Origin: a virus
Length of the DNA: 64,000 nucleotides
IMG/VR virus record: IMGVR_UViG_3300028025_002046
Span: 1-64,000 of that record
Direction: 5' to 3' (one strand)
The notes beneath the pieces were generated by a model, which made no database searches, was not told the DNA's origin, and was given only the letters and a program-made list of their open reading frames with translations. How positions within the stretch are numbered: position 1 is the first letter of the stretch; each line of letters begins with the position of its first letter. This document shows, piece after piece, positions 58,925 to 64,000 of the stretch. The position numbers and the translations under genes were made by a program.

Positions 58925-59028
58925 ACGTTCCTATCGTTTAATGGACCTTATATATCTATTATACAGGATGCTCGCTTGCTTGTCAAGCGTTTGTTCCTCT
59001 ATTTACCGCCGAGTTTTTACGCCGAGCT

Positions 59029-59923
59029 TTATTCAGCGTTTGCAATATCTCTAAATCGCTTTGGTGGATGTGCGTAGATATCTACCTGCTCAAATGGTGT
59101 CAGATAGGTAGTTGCATATTCTCCAGCAACTTCGTTGTAGAAGACTTTCTTCTGTGCTCTAGCCATGGCTACAACCTCTAGGTCTATTTCCAGGGCTTGC
59201 TTCTCAGCCAACTTTAGAACATATTCTACTGCTAGATCTTCATCTAACTCAGTAGTCACATCCCAGATAGCCCCAATTGTCTTTCGGTCTTTGTCTTGAA
59301 ACATAACGGAATATTCGACTGCGTATCTAATGTTCATAGGTTCTTCCTTATTCTTCTCTTGGCTAATCTAAGCTTCTTTAGGGTAGCCTTATCTTTGGTT
59401 TTCTTTTCAACATCCTCTATGATGGTCATCACACGGATATACTCTTCCAGGATACCTCGCTGATGTTGGTATTCGTCATCACTTAGCCAAGTATCTCTAA
59501 GTGTTTTAAGCAAGGTTTGATCCACGATTATAACCTGCTAAATATCCTGCCTTGTATGCTAGGATCTCGTCTTTGGTTGTGTCATGGTCTAGAGTTAGAA
59601 TCCACTCCAGCATATCTTTAACAGCCTTCTTTTTAAGTCTGTCAAGACTGCGTTTGACTTCTTTATTATTCTTCATTAGTTGCTTCTCTCATCCATGTAT
59701 CCATAAACTTAGCAATCTGCTTAGTTCCTAGGGTTAAAGCTTCTTGTTTCTTTTCTGCTGATAGTTCAGACAGGAATAGATCTAGAGCAAGATGTGCTTG
59801 CTGTGCCATATCTTCTCGTGCCATCATAATAGGCATTACTTTGCTTGCTGGTAGTTCATTGAACCTGGTCAATACCGCCGAGAATTCCTCAGTCTTAATC
59901 TCTACTAGAGTTGGAATATGCAT
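59029..59923 (-). CDS. operon of four small hypothetical proteins
   Basis: 59029-59337, 59334-59525, 59506-59676, 59666-59923; TTGACA-17-TATAAT upstream. Confidence 0.65.
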
Positions 59924-59997
59924 TGCTGCTCCTTATCGTTATATGTCTATTATACAGGATTAGCCTGTGTTTGTCAATGGTGTGCTACAATATTCCT

Positions 59998-60108
59998 ATG
60001 GCTAAGAAAACTGCATCTACTCGCAACTCTGAGCGTCAGAATGGTAAGGCTTTTAAGAAACACCCTAAAAAGTTTGATCCAATTAGGAGACGCTTAGTAG
60101 CTGCCTAA
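59998..60108 (+). CDS. 36-aa basic peptide
   Basis: leaderless after TGCTACAAT; MAKKTASTRNSERQNGKAFKKHPKKFDPIRRRLVAA. Confidence 0.65.
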   Translation: MAKKTASTRNSERQNGKAFKKHPKKFDPIRRRLVAA

Positions 60109-60239
60109 TCCTCATCGGAACCTATTGCTGCCACTACTATTAGTCCAGCAATTATAAATAATGCCGTAAATATTGTCTCAATCATTATCTAATTATACCA
60201 ATCTATCGGTCTTTTGTCAATAGGCATTATAATATTTAT

Positions 60240-60452
60240 ATGGAGAACATTGAAGAAATTGAGTCTAAGGTTGACGAACTCTTTCAGAAGTCTGAAGATC
60301 TTAACTCTGAAATCTATACCCTCGGAGCCATGGCTGAACGCATTGCTTTCTTTGAACACCTAAGAGAACTCATCCACGAGAAGGAATCTGAGAATGATGA
60401 AACTGCAGCGATGGTTCTAGGCTGGGCTTACGAACGTCTAGCAGAAGACTAG
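60240..60452 (+). CDS. acidic helical protein
   Basis: leaderless 6 nt after TATAAT. Confidence 0.7.
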   Translation: MENIEEIESKVDELFQKSEDLNSEIYTLGAMAERIAFFEHLRELIHEKESENDETAAMVLGWAYERLAED

Positions 60453-61882
60453 AAGGGTAGCTTAGTGCTTTGCACTAGGTTCATTATTCTGGTTGGCTCA
60501 GAGGTTCTGTTGTAGTATGTGGCAAGTTTCCTGTTATTTTCATAATTGATATCTCCCCTTTTAGCCTGATGTTCGTGATAGAACGCAAAGACTAAGCCTT
60601 CGTGCCTAACATAACTAGTTTTGTTAATGACTTCGTGGACTCTACGCATTGCGGTATCTTCAAATCCCCACCCCTTAAATTTCTCATCATTGCCACCGAT
60701 CTTCCACCATGCGGTAGGCGTAAAGACATTCACACCAGAACACGCTCCTGGAATTAGTTCGTAGCTAACGTTCTTAAAGCTAACGCCCTTCTCAACCTGC
60801 TCAATGCTTTGCTCTGTAAAGGCACGATATTCAGTGTATGGATTGTGCATCAGGTCATCAAGGAAGGCAGCAGAGATAGACTCTTGTAGTGGCTCTATCT
60901 GTGGGATAGTGTCTGCATCATTAATGATTACAACGTCACATCCGTCAGCCTCTGCCATCCTTACCCCATCATTACGAGAGCCAGACATGCTCCAGACCTC
61001 TCCAGCCCTGTCTGCTGTGTAAATCTTTGCATCTGGCAGGTTTTCTTTATACCATGATACAACCTTGTTAAAGCCAGCTACACGGCTTGGCTGTTCTCTC
61101 CAAGGTATTACGACACCAACCTTTATGTCACCGCATGGGTTGGGTAGGTGCTGTGGAAGACTATTTAGAAGAGCATTGTCCCTAATGCCAATGTGAGTAA
61201 TGTATCCGTCATAGATATTCTTTGACCACCACCCAGCAACATTCTTATTAGACTTATTATAGATATACTTTCCAAACTCATTTTCGTGATCGTTTGGATT
61301 AAAGTTTAAATAGTTTTCGTTAGTGTATTCTTTCTTAAATACTGCTGGGTTATGTGACCAGAAGTAGAATTCACCACGCCATTCATACCAGGAATCGTTA
61401 CCAAGACTATTGATCTTATAGGTTGTATTTGGTAGTCCAATGTGATACCCCAGCAAGCTACCAGCCTTTAGGTCTAGGTCGTGGCTATCCCACTGCCAAA
61501 TGGTTCTTGGAATACGCATCTGAACAATGTTCGGGCTCTTGTCTAGAACATCCATAATTGGATCAATGTTTAGTGGTCTAAATAACATCCAGTCTTCTTC
61601 AATAGACAGAACGTGGTCCACGTCAAGTGTCTGGATGTGGTCGAATATCTTTTGAACTGCGGCTGGCTGACCCATTGGCTTATCGCCAACTGCAACTATC
61701 TCAAACCTATTTCCAAAAGCATACTTAAGCCATCTGCGATATTTATCATTACCAGAATCATCAAAGATAATCTGATACTTTGGCTTGCTTTCTAGGTTAG
61801 CCTCCCAAGATGCAATGGTTCGTTCTAAGTATCCTTTACGACCATTACCTAAAATTACGAAACAAAATTCTTTGTCTGACAT
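60449..61882 (-). CDS. two-domain glycosyltransferase (GT2-like plus GT7-like)
   Basis: IFDDSG, IEEDW, HIG; VVIPWR, SRN.G, DADT, GG.DE.F.GWGFED. Confidence 0.85.
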   Translation of the reverse strand: MSDKEFCFVILGNGRKGYLERTIASWEANLESKPKYQIIFDDSGNDKYRRWLKYAFGNRFEIVAVGDKPMGQPAAVQKIFDHIQTLDVDHVLSIEEDWMLFRPLNIDPIMDVLDKSPNIVQMRIPRTIWQWDSHDLDLKAGSLLGYHIGLPNTTYKINSLGNDSWYEWRGEFYFWSHNPAVFKKEYTNENYLNFNPNDHENEFGKYIYNKSNKNVAGWWSKNIYDGYITHIGIRDNALLNSLPQHLPNPCGDIKVGVVIPWREQPSRVAGFNKVVSWYKENLPDAKIYTADRAGEVWSMSGSRNDGVRMAEADGCDVVIINDADTIPQIEPLQESISAAFLDDLMHNPYTEYRAFTEQSIEQVEKGVSFKNVSYELIPGACSGVNVFTPTAWWKIGGNDEKFKGWGFEDTAMRRVHEVINKTSYVRHEGLVFAFYHEHQAKRGDINYENNRKLATYYNRTSEPTRIMNLVQSTKLPF

Positions 61883-61913
61883 TTATATCCTATCTATCTA
61901 TAATATTATAACA

Positions 61914-61989
61914 TGGTCCCCCCAGCAGGAATCGAACCTGCGACCAAGAGATTAGAAGGCTCTTGCTCTATCCACTGAGCTATGGAGGG
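61914..61989 (-). tRNA. tRNA-Arg (UCU)
   Basis: 76-nt cloverleaf, anticodon loop CTTCTAA, GGTTCGATTCC T-arm, encoded CCA. Confidence 0.95.
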
Positions 61990-61996
61990 TATTTGA

Positions 61997-62539
61997 CTAA
62001 TGACTAGCTAAATAATTAACAGTAGCCTGTAGGTCATCTAGGCTTCCCTTGTTAAGAATGATCTGGTCGAAGAAGAATCCGTCTAGGGCTGTCTCAGAAG
62101 AGTGCCTATTGATTGGTGTTCCTCCTGGCTTCTCTACTCTCCACATGTCACCGCCAGTATCCTTGATTGCCTGATACTCATTAGGGTATCTAACATCTGT
62201 TATTACTACCTTGTCATGCTTTGCAGCAGTTGCCATAGCCTTGTCTACCCAGAAGTTTTCTCCCCATAGGTTACGACCAACCTCAGTTCCAAAACGCTGT
62301 AGTAGTCCACGAGTCTCTGGAGAGTCAACCTTTACGAACTCCCACCCCATCTTGTCCACAAGCCACTGAAGCCTAACGCCCTGTAGCTCTGGAATATCGT
62401 TAATTTTTGGGTTGAGAGCATACAGTGCTTCACGAATTGGGTCAGCAAATGCCACCCTAGTAAAGCCATGATGCTCAACAAGATAATTAGCGATAGTATC
62501 TTTGCCACTCTGGGCATACCCACTTAGTCCAATAATCAT
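61997..62539 (-). CDS. deoxynucleoside monophosphate kinase
   Basis: IIGLSGYAQSGKDT, FADPI, R.LLQ..GTE, ITDVRYPNE, HSSE. Confidence 0.92.
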   Translation of the reverse strand: MIIGLSGYAQSGKDTIANYLVEHHGFTRVAFADPIREALYALNPKINDIPELQGVRLQWLVDKMGWEFVKVDSPETRGLLQRFGTEVGRNLWGENFWVDKAMATAAKHDKVVITDVRYPNEYQAIKDTGGDMWRVEKPGGTPINRHSSETALDGFFFDQIILNKGSLDDLQATVNYLASH

Positions 62540-63060
62540 TCTTCTTCTTTCTTAAATGTAGCCCAGAATACCCCAACCACATCATAGGAGTAATACTTTT
62601 CAATATGGCTAAAGGTTTTAATAACCTCTAGTGTGCTCCAGTCATCTTTAACATGCTCTTCGTATGGATTACCGTGCTCATGTCCTTGTGGGTAGTGAAT
62701 GATTGGAATAGATATCAATGCATGTTTGGCTTGCTTAGATACCTTCTCCCACAGAGCTAGGGCATCCTCCTTTGACATATGTTCTAGAACATCTCCAAAG
62801 ATAACCAAGTCATAGTCCCAGTCTTCCCATTCCCTAGCATCAATCTTAAATAGATTGTCATACTTGTTTGTAAGATCGAACTCCTCAACGTATGGTTCCC
62901 ATGCTTCAATGCCGTCGAACTTATCCATCTGGATATTCTTTTCTTTCAGGATTACCGAGTAGGTTCCTGCTCCGACACCAACATCTAGAATAGTCTTAAT
63001 GTTGTGGTCTACAATCCATTTTGCAGATAGGTCTTTACCCTCGTATGAACTTCCTGGCAT
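62536..63060 (-). CDS. class I SAM-dependent methyltransferase
   Basis: ILDVGVGAG, YDLVIFGDVLEH. Confidence 0.85.
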   Translation of the reverse strand: MPGSSYEGKDLSAKWIVDHNIKTILDVGVGAGTYSVILKEKNIQMDKFDGIEAWEPYVEEFDLTNKYDNLFKIDAREWEDWDYDLVIFGDVLEHMSKEDALALWEKVSKQAKHALISIPIIHYPQGHEHGNPYEEHVKDDWSTLEVIKTFSHIEKYYSYDVVGVFWATFKKEEE

Positions 63061-63749
63061 TAGTTATGCAAAGCCTTAAAGGTCTCTGGAAAAGCCCCAT
63101 GTGATAAGTCTTTTACAGCCATAGCGTAGTCCTGTATCTCTTTCTGGGCATCGTGCTCTAGTCTCTGGTCAAGGAATGTCATAACGCCCTGTAGCGATAC
63201 CGTCCAACGCCAACGAACATACATACCATATGCAGGTAGGAATAGGCGAGCAATCTCTGGTGCTACGTTATCGTCCATAGCCTCATGGTATAGGTCAGTA
63301 GTTAACTTAACAATCTCTTTTAGCTTGTTTGTGTAATGACTACCAAGACTAAAATGGATAGGCTCTCCACTACCCTGCTTGCTGTTCTCTGGCTTACTAC
63401 GCCAGTTAGAAGCACTAGGAATATAGAACTCTTCGTCCTCGGTAATGTAACGGCGTGAACTTTCGTTCCAGCCATTCTGGTCGTCTACGTGTGTAGAGCC
63501 TACCGCATACTTCCACCACTGCCTTGCGACAAATAGTGGGGCATATACCTCAAAGGTGAGTGCTGCATGGCGGAAAGGACTAGTATGTCCTTCACGGATA
63601 AGGAAGTTAAGAAGTTTTCCATCTTTAGGTCCAAACTCTTCTACTTCTTTATCGTAAGATACACGAGCAGCGTTAACAATTGATAGATCGCTACCAAGCG
63701 TATCCACAAGTCTGACATAGCCTTTATCAAGAACATCGACCTTATTCAT
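63060..63749 (-). CDS. thyX: flavin-dependent thymidylate synthase
   Basis: IVNAARVSY, GHTSPF, PLFVARQW, NESSRRY, E.AR..LP, AQ.EI; start at ATG 63749. Confidence 0.93.
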   Translation of the reverse strand: MNKVDVLDKGYVRLVDTLGSDLSIVNAARVSYDKEVEEFGPKDGKLLNFLIREGHTSPFRHAALTFEVYAPLFVARQWWKYAVGSTHVDDQNGWNESSRRYITEDEEFYIPSASNWRSKPENSKQGSGEPIHFSLGSHYTNKLKEIVKLTTDLYHEAMDDNVAPEIARLFLPAYGMYVRWRWTVSLQGVMTFLDQRLEHDAQKEIQDYAMAVKDLSHGAFPETFKALHN

Positions 63750-64000
63750 CGGTATCTTCAATGACTGCAATTAGATCCTTGGTAAAGATAATGTCGTAGT
63801 CCTTACCCTCGTGCTCTACCTTTTGAGTAGCGTATGGATTAAAAGCAACCTTGTCGCCTACCTTAACATCCATCTCTGCACGTTCACCGCTTGGAAGGAC
63901 ACGTCCTAGACCTACGGCTACGACGACACCAATGTTGTTAGCGGATTCTTGAATAGCAGACAGGACTAATCCCGATGCTGATTTCTTTTCTTCTTCTTTT
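63742..64000 (-). CDS. groES: co-chaperonin GroES, 3' part (5' end outside window)
   Basis: KKSASGLVL..GVVVAVGLG..MDVKVGDKVAF..VEHEGKDYDII..DLIAVIE. Confidence 0.9.
   Translation of the reverse strand, partial: KEEEKKSASGLVLSAIQESANNIGVVVAVGLGRVLPSGERAEMDVKVGDKVAFNPYATQKVEHEGKDYDIIFTKDLIAVIEDTDE

Noticed and set aside
39061-59012. Inverted 11-mer TCGGCGGTAAA (39061) / TTTACCGCCGA (59002) flanking the array
   Set aside because: A single 11-bp match is expected by chance in 64 kb, and no element boundary supports it.

Overview
A 64 kb segment of a large, moderately AT-rich tailed phage (siphovirus-type, long tape measure). The host is probably an Actinobacterium: many genes are leaderless, and actinobacterial LexA and PafBC-type boxes, GP88 and MSMEG_6728-family genes are present. 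Bases 1-39029 are mostly a minus-strand virion module: tail tip, tape measure protein (TMP), tail chaperones, major tail, neck, capsid, protease/scaffold, portal, collagen and chaperone-tipped fibres, and a GT2-TPR glycosyltransferase, with plus-strand NlpC/P60 and EndoVII genes inserted. Bases about 39900-56540 are a plus-strand array of more than 50 very small genes with a regular non-coding grammar. It holds 27 promoters with the exact geometry of the PafBC/RecA-NDp DNA-damage promoter (TGTCNN-N10-TANNNT) and 19 cassette boundaries (hairpin or DnaA-box pair, GGTAC, about 20 nt, TTACG). It also holds LexA, DnaA, MtrA/GlnR-like and WhiA-like boxes, repeated H-type pseudoknots and an anti-SD hairpin. 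Its ORFs are largely purged of the 4-bp palindromes that the boundaries concentrate. Bases 56540-57390 are a non-coding repeat/DnaA-box region, a candidate origin or terminus. Bases 57396-64000 hold small genes, a pyrimidine-dimer glycosylase-like gene, a glycosyltransferase, tRNA-Arg(UCU), dNMP kinase, a methyltransferase, thyX and partial groES. A second candidate novelty is the 2838-aa TMP, which carries enzyme-like cargo domains (DUF3626-like, ADP-ribosyltransferase-like, possible His-Me nuclease) separated by repeated A-x-G-G motifs. All calls and counts were made by eye and need computational confirmation.
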